From the NCBI GenBank assembly GCA_963745835.1, contig CAVUZH010000013.1, positions 352,001 through 416,000 on the forward strand: a stretch of DNA of 64,000 nucleotides. Direction: 5' to 3'. Every line of letters begins with the position of its first letter. Position 1 is the stretch's first letter. The translations under genes and the position numbers were made by a program. The notes under the pieces are model-generated. The model did not search any database and had not been told where the DNA came from. It saw only the letters and a program-made list of their open reading frames with translations. The DNA is from an uncultured delta proteobacterium. GTDB taxonomy: Bacteria; Desulfobacterota; Binatia; UBA9968. Positions 51,610-61,098 of this stretch are shown piece after piece.

Positions 51610-52359
51610 TTACTGCCGTTTGCTCAAGGTCTCCGATTGTGGTGCCGGTGAATTCGTTTGGGGCGTCGCCGCAACGGCCTCCGAAGTAATACCCTCACGG
51701 TAGACCAAGATTTCAACGCGACGATTCTTGGCCCGGTTTTGTGCATTGTTGTTTTCCGTTAGCGGAGCGCTTTCTCCATAAGAAACGGACATAACTTTGA
51801 GCGGATCCATTTTCTTCTGCGTGATCAGATAACGACTAACCGCGTCGGCTCGTCGCTTTCCGAGTTCATAGTTAATGTCGTCGGTTCCAACGTTATCCGT
51901 ATGACCGGCGACAACAAAAACCGTGTTACCGGCGCCTGACGGATCGCCCTTGAGATCGCTGAGGAAGCCATCGATCTCTTTTTGAGCTTGATTCGGCAAG
52001 TTCGATGAACCAAAGGCGAAGTTAGCACCCTCTTTCATATCAATCACAAACCGCCGCTCAAGTCTCAGGTTCGAGAGAGCTTTCAATGCCTTATCTGCCT
52101 TAATATCTACCTGCCCCAGTCGTCCTTCGAATTGGCCGAGTTTGCCTTCGATTCCCGTGATCCGGTTGTCGATCGCGCCGATCTGCTTCTCGCTCTGAGT
52201 CAACCGTCCTTCACCCTGTGTCAAACGGTCCTCGCTCTGCGATACCCGATTGGTTACTGGGTCCATTTGTTCCTTGACCCAGTCGCGAGTCGCGATACAT
52301 CCCTGTGCTAACAGTAGAGAACCTAAGGCACCCACACTCAAAATCGTATTAAACCTCAT
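51610..52359 (-). CDS. OmpA-C/Pal-like peptidoglycan-binding lipoprotein with N-terminal coiled coil
   Basis: Lipobox LAQGC, heptads EDRLTQGEGRLTQSE, GHTDNVG..NYELGKRRA..SYGE..NRRVEI. Confidence 0.88.
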   Translation of the reverse strand: MRFNTILSVGALGSLLLAQGCIATRDWVKEQMDPVTNRVSQSEDRLTQGEGRLTQSEKQIGAIDNRITGIEGKLGQFEGRLGQVDIKADKALKALSNLRLERRFVIDMKEGANFAFGSSNLPNQAQKEIDGFLSDLKGDPSGAGNTVFVVAGHTDNVGTDDINYELGKRRADAVSRYLITQKKMDPLKVMSVSYGESAPLTENNNAQNRAKNRRVEILVYREGITSEAVAATPQTNSPAPQSETLSKRQ

Positions 52360-52444
52360 GACCAATCCTCCTTCTTGACTACCACCTTGTTATTATATCA
52401 GTCCGTTTGTTTTAAAATCGCTCGAAATTTGCTACTAGCCACCA

Positions 52445-52460
52445 AGCGAATCGTGTGCCA
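52445..52460 (-). promoter_or_regulatory. Sigma54 promoter of the OmpA-like lipoprotein gene
   Basis: Minus strand TGGCACACGATTCGCT, GG-N10-GC. Confidence 0.65.
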
Positions 52461-52509
52461 ACGAAACGAGGCAATCTTTTCAGGAACTTGCAATTCTATA
52501 GATGTTGTT

Positions 52510-52526
52510 TGCAGGAAATTCCTACA
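52510..52526. promoter_or_regulatory. Candidate activator site TGYAGG-N5-CCTACA
   Basis: TGCAGG-AAATT-CCTACA, with extra TGTAGG half-sites at about 52534 and 52562. Confidence 0.55.
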
Positions 52527-52597
52527 TCTTCTTTGTAGGCGTTACGCCACGGCAAGCAATCTGTAGGGATAGCAACCCGTATTCCTATCTAGCACTC

Positions 52598-53017
52598 TTA
52601 CACGATGCGATCGGCGGTCTTTGGCCGCGGATTAACCTCGCGATCGTCACTCACCCAACCATTCATTGACGCAAGCAAGTCGTTTCGCGAAAATGGCTTG
52701 GTTAACACCAGTGCCCCGTATTCTTTTCCTTCGCTTATGAGAGCTTCCCGATACTGGTTGATTGCCCCGCTAATGTAGATTGCCTTAACGTTTGGGTTGA
52801 TGGTTCGAATACAGCGGATCATTTCTAACCCATCTAACTCCGGCATCTGGATATCTGTAAGAACGATTTCCGGCTGCTGGTCGAGATATCTCAGATAGCC
52901 ATGCAAGCCGTCATCTGCGGTTTGCACTTCATAGCCAGCCGCAATTAGTGTTTCCGCCATGATTTGACCGAAGTTCTCATCGTCGTCCACAACTAAAACT
53001 CTGTAAGGAGCAGTCAT
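52598..53017 (-). CDS. Single-domain response regulator (CheY-like)
   Basis: VLVVDDD, LTDIQMPELDG, ISG and TKPF motifs. Confidence 0.9.
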   Translation of the reverse strand: MTAPYRVLVVDDDENFGQIMAETLIAAGYEVQTADDGLHGYLRYLDQQPEIVLTDIQMPELDGLEMIRCIRTINPNVKAIYISGAINQYREALISEGKEYGALVLTKPFSRNDLLASMNGWVSDDREVNPRPKTADRIV

Positions 53018-53081
53018 AAAATTCTCCCAACTTTGTTCGCTGCGCTTTGTTGATGATCCACTCGCCTGCTAATAGTGCAAA

Positions 53082-53097
53082 CGCAAATCACATACCA
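53082..53097 (-). promoter_or_regulatory. Sigma54 promoter of the single-domain response regulator gene
   Basis: Minus strand TGGTATGTGATTTGCG, GG-N10-GC. Confidence 0.65.
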
Positions 53098-53161
53098 GCC
53101 ACTTGGAAGGGCAGACCATTGGCCCGATTTGGTTTGTCCGTGAAGCTTTAAAGAAGGTTGT

Positions 53162-53178
53162 CGCAGGGATTCCCTACA
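53162..53178. promoter_or_regulatory. Candidate activator site, same motif as 52510-52526
   Basis: CGCAGG-GATTC-CCTACA, with a further CGTAGG half-site at about 53196. Confidence 0.55.
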
Positions 53179-53313
53179 ATGAGGAGAGTCATACGCGTAG
53201 GGATTTCAGGGGAATGTACAAAGTAGATGAAGACGCCTTTAGCTACCAAGTAGCATAGAGCCAACTCGCGGTCGAATTTGAAATTTAGCCTGCGCGAACG
53301 AATGAAGTCTGCT

Positions 53314-54744
53314 TTAGCTGGATGCGCTCGCGGCAGACTTGGTCTTTTTAAAATCGTCCGCTTTGAGGTCGTGCTTTTTCAGCAAGTCGTAAAAATCGGC
53401 TCTGTATTTGCCGGCCAGCTTCGCGGCTTGACTTACGTTGCCATCGGTCATCGAAAGCACCTGCACTAAATAGTCTCTTTCGAAGGCATCGCGGGCATCT
53501 TTTAAGGGCCTCAGCGCATCATCGGAGGCGGTTTGTTTATCATTGACGCCGGCCTGCGCACCGTCTGAGGATGAGATCTTTCCTTGGAGGATATATTCCT
53601 CAGTAACAAACTCCTTCTGCGTCATGGCCACGCTATATTCAATTGTATTTTCCAGTTCGCGCACGTTTCCCGGCCAATCGTGCAGCATCAGCTTGCGCAA
53701 TGCCTCTGGGGTTATCCCTTTAACGTCCTTCTTCATTTGTTGACTGCACTTCTTTAAAAAATGCTCGACCAGCGGAACGATGTCCTCTTTGTGGTCACGT
53801 AAGGGTGGTAGATAAATTGGGATAACATGGATTCGGTAGAACAGATCGTCCCGAAAAGTGCCCTTCTTCACGAGTTCTTCCAAATCTTTGTTGGTGGCGG
53901 CGATGACTCGGACATCGACCTCTATGGGGATCTCGCTCCCGACCGGATAGAATTGCCGCTCCTGCAAGACACGCAACAGTTTCGACTGAGTCGAGACCGG
54001 CATGTCGCCGATCTCATCGAGAAAGAGTGTCCCGCCGTGAGCTTGAGTAAAAAGTCCCCTAGTGCTTTTAACAGCGCCGGTGAAAGCCCCTTTCTCATGG
54101 CCGAAGAGTTCGCTCTCCAGCAATGTTTCGGGTAATGCGGCGCAATTCAAAGCAATAAACGGTTTATCTTTTCTATCACTGGCGAGATGGATGGCTTTGG
54201 CAATGAGTTCTTTTCCAGTGCCGCTTTCGCCGTGGAGATGGACTGTCGAGTCGAGTCTCGCAATGCGCATCACAACATCCAACACCGATCGCATCTTGGC
54301 GCTGCGGGCGATGATATTGGCGAAATCGAACTGCTCGTGCAAAAGCCCCTTGAGACGCTTGATCTCGGAGTTGAGCTTGCGATTCTCCAAAGCTCTTTCG
54401 ATCTGCAGCAACAGATCGCCTGGCTCGAACGGTTTGGTAAGATAGCTGTAGGCGCCGCGGCGCATCGCCTCCACGGCATTTTGAATGCTGCCGTGCGCCG
54501 TCAGAATGATCGTCGGCACTTCAGGGTTGACCGCGCGGAACTCTTCCATCAGCGTTATGCCGTCACGGTTGGCGAGCATCAAATCAACGATGCAAAGATC
54601 GAAGTTCCCCGCCTTGAGCTCGACGACCGCATTATCCTCTTCACGCGCAGCAGTCACCTCGTAATCCGCCGATTCCAGCCGCATTTTTATCAGCTCAAGG
54701 AGATTTGCGTCATCGTCGACGATCAATATTTTGCCTAATGACAT
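53314..54744 (-). CDS. NtrC-family sigma54 response regulator (GlrR/QseF-like)
   Basis: REC domain, GESGTGKE, GAFTGA, LDEIGD, and HTH GNVSQAAKLAGKYRADFYDLLKKH typical of GlrR. Confidence 0.92.
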   Translation of the reverse strand: MSLGKILIVDDDANLLELIKMRLESADYEVTAAREEDNAVVELKAGNFDLCIVDLMLANRDGITLMEEFRAVNPEVPTIILTAHGSIQNAVEAMRRGAYSYLTKPFEPGDLLLQIERALENRKLNSEIKRLKGLLHEQFDFANIIARSAKMRSVLDVVMRIARLDSTVHLHGESGTGKELIAKAIHLASDRKDKPFIALNCAALPETLLESELFGHEKGAFTGAVKSTRGLFTQAHGGTLFLDEIGDMPVSTQSKLLRVLQERQFYPVGSEIPIEVDVRVIAATNKDLEELVKKGTFRDDLFYRIHVIPIYLPPLRDHKEDIVPLVEHFLKKCSQQMKKDVKGITPEALRKLMLHDWPGNVRELENTIEYSVAMTQKEFVTEEYILQGKISSSDGAQAGVNDKQTASDDALRPLKDARDAFERDYLVQVLSMTDGNVSQAAKLAGKYRADFYDLLKKHDLKADDFKKTKSAASASS

Positions 54745-54756
54745 GGTGCCCGTTCT

Positions 54757-55368
54757 CTACTTCCCTCGGTCGCGCTTCTTTTGTTCGATTTCAAGGTCGA
54801 TCTGGTTGGCTCTCTCCAGAGCTTGCCGAGATTTCTCCATCTCCTGTCTCGTTCTATCAACTTCCTGCTTGGATTTCTCAGCAGCCAACCTAAACCTTTC
54901 CGCGTCCTCTCGCGATTTTTCGACATCTTGTTTAGATTGTTCCATAGCTTCCCGGGTTCTTTCCGCTTCTTGTTTTGAATTTTCCACCTGCTGTAGCAGG
55001 CCCACCCACATTCTTGCCTGCTCCGCCCAGGTGCTTTGCGCGTAGTCGCCGATCACCTTGCTGAACGCTTCGATCGCTTTGCGATGATCGCGTTTAGGAT
55101 TGCTGGGATGCGCATAAATCAGGCCGATGTTGTAAACGGCTGCATCCCCGGGAGGATGATCCCCGGCCAACACTAAGGCCTCGCGATATTTAGCAAACGC
55201 TCCGTCGTAGTCGCCGTCAACAAACAAACTATGGCCCTGGAGCATCGAATCGCGAATCTGGCGCTGCTCGCGCCAATCTCTTAGAAGGCTACAGCCGGAC
55301 GAAAGTACAACTAACAGCGCAAGACAAACACAAAGGTGCTTCCCCGCCCTACCTGACTCTCTGCCCAT
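54757..55368 (-). CDS. TPR lipoprotein with coiled-coil tail (positional equivalent of QseG)
   Basis: Lipobox LSSGC, TPR-like helices with HPSNPKRD, E/K/R-rich heptad tail; lies between the kinase and regulator genes. Confidence 0.75.
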   Translation of the reverse strand: MGRESGRAGKHLCVCLALLVVLSSGCSLLRDWREQRQIRDSMLQGHSLFVDGDYDGAFAKYREALVLAGDHPPGDAAVYNIGLIYAHPSNPKRDHRKAIEAFSKVIGDYAQSTWAEQARMWVGLLQQVENSKQEAERTREAMEQSKQDVEKSREDAERFRLAAEKSKQEVDRTRQEMEKSRQALERANQIDLEIEQKKRDRGK

Positions 55369-56753
55369 ATTTCTCCACCATGGGACTTGATGATATTCTT
55401 GGCGATTGCCAAGCCTAAGCCCGTGCCATTTCTGGTATGTGCGCCCTTGTGGCTCCCCTGACTAAACTTTTCAAAAATGGTAGTCAAGCTCTCGGCCGGC
55501 ACTCCAGGTCCAGAGTCTGTCACAGAAACTTGCAAGTTGCCATTTACAGATGCCGCAACAACGCTAACCCGGCCCCCTTTCGGAGTAAACTTAACGGCGT
55601 TACCGAGCAGATTGCGCAGCACTTGCAAAATTCTCTCGGGGTCCAGCCTGAGCGCCGGCAGCGACGGATTCACGTTGCTCTCAAGTTCAATTTGCTTGGC
55701 CTCCACCAGCGGCGTAATCTCGGCAATGGCGCGGCGAATTAGCGGATCGATAGTGACCAGATCGAATTCATAGCTCATCATACCGGCTTCCATTTTGGAC
55801 AGGTCGAGCAGGGAATTAACGACAGCGATGAGGCGATTGCTTTCCTCGGCAAGAATGGCCAGAAGTTTCCGTTGTTTGTCCGTGGTCTGACCGCCGACGC
55901 CGTCGAGAAGCAGTCCCGTGCCCTCTTTGATGGAAGTCAAAGGCGTGCGCAGCTCGTGCGACATCGATGAAAAAAAGTCGGCCTTCATGCGCTCAAGCTC
56001 TTTCAATCGCTCGCACATCAAATTGAACGCTGCCGCCAACTCACCGAGTTCGGGCGGCGATTTTATGTTTAGTCCTCCTTCGAAACGGCCCTGCGCGATC
56101 TCTCGTGTCTTGGTCTTTAAGATCGCAATCGGTCGAGTAATACTCCGGGTTACAATCAGCGACATCGCAACAATCGAGATCAGACACGCCACGGTGATGC
56201 TAACTGAAACCTCACGGGCGTGTTCGGCGGCTTCCGCCAGCTCTCTCACTTTAGTAGACATGGCATGTTGCTGATCAGCTCTAAGCTTTTCCAGTGAAAC
56301 CAGTATTCGATCGACGATTTCGTCTTTTTCTTGCTTGAATTGCGCCTCAGGATAGCGCTTTTTCGCGCGCAGTAGCGCAGATTCTTCCACCACCAACTCC
56401 TCGTAGTTGCGGTAATCCTGTTGAACTTTGCTTAAAATCGCTCCCGCCGCGCTGTCTCCGATGGTAATGGCGGTTGCAAGTTGAAGGTTGAAGTCGCGCC
56501 TTAGACGGAGAAACTCGTTATATAGCGCCTCATCTCTGCTGATGGCAAATTTCTGCTCATAACGACTCTGAGATAGTAGCAGATCGGCGAGGATCTTTTC
56601 GTAATCGAGAATTCGGTTATCGACCTTGAGTACAGAATCGGTAAGCTCATCAAAACGATGAAGCTGGAAAACAGCGTACGCGCTCACCGCCGTCACCAGA
56701 AGGAAGATGGCGAGGTAGCCAAGAGCCAACCGCGAAAACAAACTTAACCGCAT
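55311..56753 (-). CDS. HAMP sensor histidine kinase (GlrK/QseE-like)
   Basis: Two TM helices, HAMP, SHELRTPL, NLLGNAVKF, DSGPG and GTGLGL motifs. Confidence 0.92.
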   Translation of the reverse strand: MRLSLFSRLALGYLAIFLLVTAVSAYAVFQLHRFDELTDSVLKVDNRILDYEKILADLLLSQSRYEQKFAISRDEALYNEFLRLRRDFNLQLATAITIGDSAAGAILSKVQQDYRNYEELVVEESALLRAKKRYPEAQFKQEKDEIVDRILVSLEKLRADQQHAMSTKVRELAEAAEHAREVSVSITVACLISIVAMSLIVTRSITRPIAILKTKTREIAQGRFEGGLNIKSPPELGELAAAFNLMCERLKELERMKADFFSSMSHELRTPLTSIKEGTGLLLDGVGGQTTDKQRKLLAILAEESNRLIAVVNSLLDLSKMEAGMMSYEFDLVTIDPLIRRAIAEITPLVEAKQIELESNVNPSLPALRLDPERILQVLRNLLGNAVKFTPKGGRVSVVAASVNGNLQVSVTDSGPGVPAESLTTIFEKFSQGSHKGAHTRNGTGLGLAIAKNIIKSHGGEIWAESQVGRGSTFVFVLRC

Positions 56754-56785
56754 GTCGAGACGTCGCCCCTGTAGAAACCAAACAG

Positions 56786-57913
56786 CTAGACAGGTTTTTG
56801 ATCGCCCGGCCCAGTTTGCAACAATTCGCTCTGCCCGGCGTTTGCCGACACCAGTTTCTGCCCCAACTGCTCGACCCGTTTCTCAGCACTTTGGTAGCTG
56901 GATTGGGCGTGTCCTAGATGTTTGCCGAGCACACCAAACTCATCGCGAAGACGAGTAAAGTCGCCTTGCAACCGGCTCAAGCATTCGATGATTTCTTTCG
57001 CTCGCTGTTCTATTGTCATGCCTTTAAGGCCGAGCACAATCGCCTGCAGGTATGCGTAAAAGCAATTAGGCGAAACCGGTACGACGCGTTTGCTCATCGC
57101 ATAAAAGCTTAGGCTTTTCTCTTCTGTGGAATCGTCTTTTATAATAATCTCGTAATAGACATTCTCGGCCGGAATATACATAAGCGCAAAATCGTAGGTT
57201 CCTTCGTCGGGCAGAATGTATTTTGTCGCGATGGCGTCGATATGCTTCTTAACGTCCACAGCAAACTGTCTCTTCGCCCGAGCTCGATCCTCCTCGACAG
57301 TGGTGTCTATGATTCTTTTGAAATTCTCCAGCGGGAACTTGGAGTCCACCGGCACCAGCGAGCTGCCCAGCTTAATCACCGCGTCAACTTTCTCGCCGCT
57401 GCGAAAACAGTATTGCGTCGCGAAGTGCTGTGGCGGCAGGATTTGCGCTAACAAGTCCTCGAGAAAGAACTCGCCTAATCCGCCGCGCAGCTTGGGTGAG
57501 CGGAGAATTTCCTGCAGTGAAGCGATGTCCTTGCCGACTTCGTAAATTTTTCTGTTGGCTTCCTCGAGTCCGCCGAGGCTTTTCTGCACATCGCCAACCA
57601 CTCTGGCCGCATTGTCCAGCCTTTGGCCAACGCTCTGATGTGTTTGCTGCAAAATTTCAGAATTCTCGCGCAAACGCTCGTTGACGTGGCCGATCATTTG
57701 TCCCAGCTGTTGCTGGATTAGCTGTGTGCTGTTATCCAGCACCTGTCCGAACTGCACGCGAAGTTGGTCAATTTGTTGCTGCATTAATAACCAGGCCTGA
57801 TCGTTTTGTGTTGCTCGTAGAATGGCGCGCATGCGGCAGAGAAAAAACCAGCCGAGAATCGTCAAGCCGGCGAGTAACAGCAAGACCAGCGACAGGGACT
57901 TTGTAAGTTCCAC
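56786..57913 (-). CDS. rmuC: DNA recombination protein RmuC
   Basis: N-terminal TM plus coiled coil, RGGLGE, VDSKFP, KYI....T.DFALMYIPAE and VSP motifs. Confidence 0.9.
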   Translation of the reverse strand: MELTKSLSLVLLLLAGLTILGWFFLCRMRAILRATQNDQAWLLMQQQIDQLRVQFGQVLDNSTQLIQQQLGQMIGHVNERLRENSEILQQTHQSVGQRLDNAARVVGDVQKSLGGLEEANRKIYEVGKDIASLQEILRSPKLRGGLGEFFLEDLLAQILPPQHFATQYCFRSGEKVDAVIKLGSSLVPVDSKFPLENFKRIIDTTVEEDRARAKRQFAVDVKKHIDAIATKYILPDEGTYDFALMYIPAENVYYEIIIKDDSTEEKSLSFYAMSKRVVPVSPNCFYAYLQAIVLGLKGMTIEQRAKEIIECLSRLQGDFTRLRDEFGVLGKHLGHAQSSYQSAEKRVEQLGQKLVSANAGQSELLQTGPGDQKPV

Positions 57914-57929
57914 GGATCGGGGTTTGGAG

Positions 57930-58142
57930 TTAGAGAAGCCTCAGAGCGTATTCAAGAATCTCGCTGAGTTTGCGAATTTGCGTTGCTCTCATCGAACGCT
58001 CTTCGCGAGGCGAAGAGAAATAATCATCGAGGCTCTTTTTCAAGTTCCACTCAAGCAGCTCAACGCATTGCTCCATGCTGACCTTTTCGGAGCGACGACG
58101 TCGCGCCTGATGCAGGTCTCGGATTTGGATGAGTCGCCCCAT
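57930..58142 (-). CDS. Small hypothetical protein (70 aa)
   Basis: Fills the gap between aguA and rmuC on the same strand; helical, charged composition. Confidence 0.6.
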   Translation of the reverse strand: MGRLIQIRDLHQARRRRSEKVSMEQCVELLEWNLKKSLDDYFSSPREERSMRATQIRKLSEILEYALRLL

Positions 58143-58178
58143 AGCAAAGCTAAGAATAAGTTCGGGATGAAGAAATTG

Positions 58179-59255
58179 TCAAGCCCTGGACGTAGCGATC
58201 AGCGGCTCTTGCTGCGTCACACAATGGATGGCGCCGAGACCTGCAACGACGTCGGTGCAACGAATTCCGACGACTTTTCGGCTCGGAAACAACTCACCTA
58301 AAATTCCCAGCGCTTTGTGATCACCAGGGTCATCGAAAACAGGCACGAGAACTACTTCATTGGCGATGTAGAAATTGGCATAGCTCGCAGGTAAGCGAGA
58401 TCCCTGGTAAAGGACAGGACGCGGAGACGGCAAAGTGACCAGATCGAACCTACTGCCAAGGGCATCGCGTGCTCCCTGGAGACGCTGAAGATTCTCTTGC
58501 AGAGGAGCATAATTCGCATCTTTCGGGTTTTCTTCAACAGCGCAGAGAATGGTCGTGGCGTCGACGAAGCGAGCGATATCATCAATGTGGCCGTCGGTAT
58601 CATCGCCCGCAACTCCCTCACCCAGCCAGATGATTTGACTGACCCCAAGCGAGTCTCGCAAAAACTGCTCTAACTCAGCTCGGCCCAGATGCGGGTTACG
58701 ATTCTTATTGAGCAGACACTGCTCGGTGGTGAGACAAATCCCCGCGCCATTGACCTCTATGGCGCCACCTTCAAGGACAAGCGCGTGGACGAAGACCGGC
58801 ACACCGAGCAACTCGGCAATACTCTTGGCCACCTGATCGTCCCGTTCATAAGCTTTATACTTGCCGCCCCAGCCGTTGAAGATCCAGTCGTTGAACGCCA
58901 GTGGGTCATCCGGTCCGTTGCGCACTACAAACGTCGGGCCGTAATCGCGCATCCAAACATCGATGGTGGGAATTTGGATGACTTTGACATTTTCAATCAC
59001 CGCACCGGCCGTTTTCAGACGGAGGGTGACATCCTGTCGCATCGGATCATCATTGACCAGAAGATAAACCTTCTCGTGCGGCGACAACGCCAGAATCATC
59101 TGGACCCAAGCCTCCCTGACGCGCTCGAGTTGAACGGGCCAGGTTTCCAGGTTGTGCGGCCAAGATAGCCAAGTGGCCCGGTGCGGCGCCCACTCCGCGG
59201 GCATCGAATACCCTAGTTCGCGCGGCATCGGCGAGCGGTTGTTCTGGTCCGGCAT
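58179..59255 (-). CDS. aguA: Agmatine deiminase
   Basis: MPAEW, WMRDYGP, LEGG, DDTDGHID, ASYANF and GAIHCVTQQEP motifs. Confidence 0.92.
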   Translation of the reverse strand: MPDQNNRSPMPRELGYSMPAEWAPHRATWLSWPHNLETWPVQLERVREAWVQMILALSPHEKVYLLVNDDPMRQDVTLRLKTAGAVIENVKVIQIPTIDVWMRDYGPTFVVRNGPDDPLAFNDWIFNGWGGKYKAYERDDQVAKSIAELLGVPVFVHALVLEGGAIEVNGAGICLTTEQCLLNKNRNPHLGRAELEQFLRDSLGVSQIIWLGEGVAGDDTDGHIDDIARFVDATTILCAVEENPKDANYAPLQENLQRLQGARDALGSRFDLVTLPSPRPVLYQGSRLPASYANFYIANEVVLVPVFDDPGDHKALGILGELFPSRKVVGIRCTDVVAGLGAIHCVTQQEPLIATSRA

Positions 59256-59269
59256 GAGATGGAGTGAAA

Positions 59270-60160
59270 CTAGGTGCCGCCGGGCGAATCGATGAATCGC
59301 GATTGCAAAGAACTATAGGCATCGATTCGCCGGTCTCGAAAGAAGGGCCAGCTCTCGCGAATATCATCGATCTTGCGCAGATCGCATTTGGCAATGAGAA
59401 TCTCTTCACGGTCGCCAGCAGCGACGCTCAAGATTTCTCCAGATGGGCCGGCGACGAACGAATGTCCCCAAAATTTTAAATTTCCTTCCCTGCCGACGCG
59501 ATTGACAGAGGCCACAAAGACACCATTCGCAATGGCGTGGGCGCGCTGAATCAGCTCCCAGGCGTCACGCTGTTTTTGCGCCACCGGGCGGGGTTCCTTG
59601 GGTATCCAGCCGATCGCTGTTGGATAGACCAGAATCTCCGCGCCGGACAACGACGCCAGGCGAGCGGCTTCTGGAAACCATTGATCCCAACAAACCAGAG
59701 CGCCGATTCTCGCATAACGGGTTTGAAAGCTTGGAAAGCCCAGATCACCCGGTGTGAAGTAAAACTTTTCGAAATAGAGGGGATCGTCCGGAATATGCAT
59801 CTTGCGATATTTTCCGGCGATCGAACCATCCGCATCGAGCACCACGGCAGTGTTGTGATAGATGCCCGCCGACCGCTTCTCGAATAGCGAGGACACGATG
59901 ACGATCTGCAGTTCGCGCGCTAGGGCGCCCAAACGATCCGTGCTTGGGCCGGGAATAGTTTCAGCCAGGTTGAACCATCGCTGATCCTCGCTCTGGCAAA
60001 AATAGCGAGAGCGAAACAATTCCTGCAGGCAGACAATCTGGACGCCTTTCTTCGCCGCCTCGCGTATGCGCACCTCAGCCTTTGAGAGATTGGCTTCCGG
60101 GTCTTCGCCGGCGCTCATCTGCACCAAGCCAAGAGTTACGATGTCTTTATTTTTCTTCAA
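59270..60160 (-). CDS. aguB: N-carbamoylputrescine amidase (nitrilase family)
   Basis: LQELF, YRKMHIPDDP, CWDQWFPE and RDRR motifs; adjacent to aguA. Confidence 0.9.
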   Translation of the reverse strand: MKKNKDIVTLGLVQMSAGEDPEANLSKAEVRIREAAKKGVQIVCLQELFRSRYFCQSEDQRWFNLAETIPGPSTDRLGALARELQIVIVSSLFEKRSAGIYHNTAVVLDADGSIAGKYRKMHIPDDPLYFEKFYFTPGDLGFPSFQTRYARIGALVCWDQWFPEAARLASLSGAEILVYPTAIGWIPKEPRPVAQKQRDAWELIQRAHAIANGVFVASVNRVGREGNLKFWGHSFVAGPSGEILSVAAGDREEILIAKCDLRKIDDIRESWPFFRDRRIDAYSSLQSRFIDSPGGT

Positions 60161-60262
60161 TCGAAGTGCCGACAGGATTGATTGCGACTTTTAATATTCA
60201 GCGCAAAAGGATCCGGACGTCCTCGCCGCTGGGCCATTTAGTTCTTCGCTACTTTAGCTTCG

Positions 60263-60982
60263 CTACTTTAAATGTTGAGCAAAAAATGTTTTCAGTTTTT
60301 CCCACGAATCTTTCGCGGCGCTCTCATTATAGCTCGGCCGCTCATCGCAGAAGAACCCGTGCGTTGCATCCGGATAAACCTTCATCGAGAAGTTCACTTT
60401 TTTATGAGTTAGCTCTGTGTTGATCTGCCCGACTTGATCCATTGGGATCAACGGATCTTTGGCTCCGAAAAAGAGATAAATCGGACAGGTGATTTCACCC
60501 GTGCGCGACAACGGGCTCGGATCTCCCATCGGAATGCCACCGCCATAAAAGCACACCGCCGCTTTGACGTCCTTGTTATGATGCGCCGCCGCAAGATAAG
60601 TATAACGGCCGCCCATACAAAAACCGGTGACGCCGATGGCGGCAGATTTGAGGTTGCTCTGCCCCTTCAAATGCGCGATGGCCGCGCCCACGTCATCCAT
60701 CACTTTGGGATCCTGCAAGCGGTTCATAGTGCCGATTGCCTTTTTCATGTCACTGTACGGAATGATGCGCTCGGATTCTCGATGATAGAGATCCGGGGCA
60801 ATCGCAACGTAGCCTTCTTGGGCAATCCGCTCGGTCACTTTCTTGATGTGATCGTTAAGACCGAAAGCTTCCATCAAAACAACGATGCCGGGATAGGACC
60901 CGCCATCTTTGGGCCGCGCTTCGAACGCGTCCATGTTGCCATCGGGCATACTCAATTGAAGAGTTGATGTGGTAACGTCCAT
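60263..60982 (-). CDS. Dienelactone hydrolase family protein
   Basis: EAFGLN, GFCMGG and HGFFCDER motifs. Confidence 0.92.
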   Translation of the reverse strand: MDVTTSTLQLSMPDGNMDAFEARPKDGGSYPGIVVLMEAFGLNDHIKKVTERIAQEGYVAIAPDLYHRESERIIPYSDMKKAIGTMNRLQDPKVMDDVGAAIAHLKGQSNLKSAAIGVTGFCMGGRYTYLAAAHHNKDVKAAVCFYGGGIPMGDPSPLSRTGEITCPIYLFFGAKDPLIPMDQVGQINTELTHKKVNFSMKVYPDATHGFFCDERPSYNESAAKDSWEKLKTFFAQHLK

Positions 60983-61098
60983 GACGAGCCTCCCTGCGAA
61001 TATTTATCGTATGAAACCGGAGTCTTCCTACAAGATTTTCTATATCGGTCCATCCGCACGAGGTCAAACTCCGAACCTATCGGACCGACTGTGCCGGC

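Noticed and set aside
55311-55368. 58-bp overlap of the kinase and lipoprotein genes as a novelty
   Set aside because: Short in-operon overlaps are common and the true start may lie downstream.
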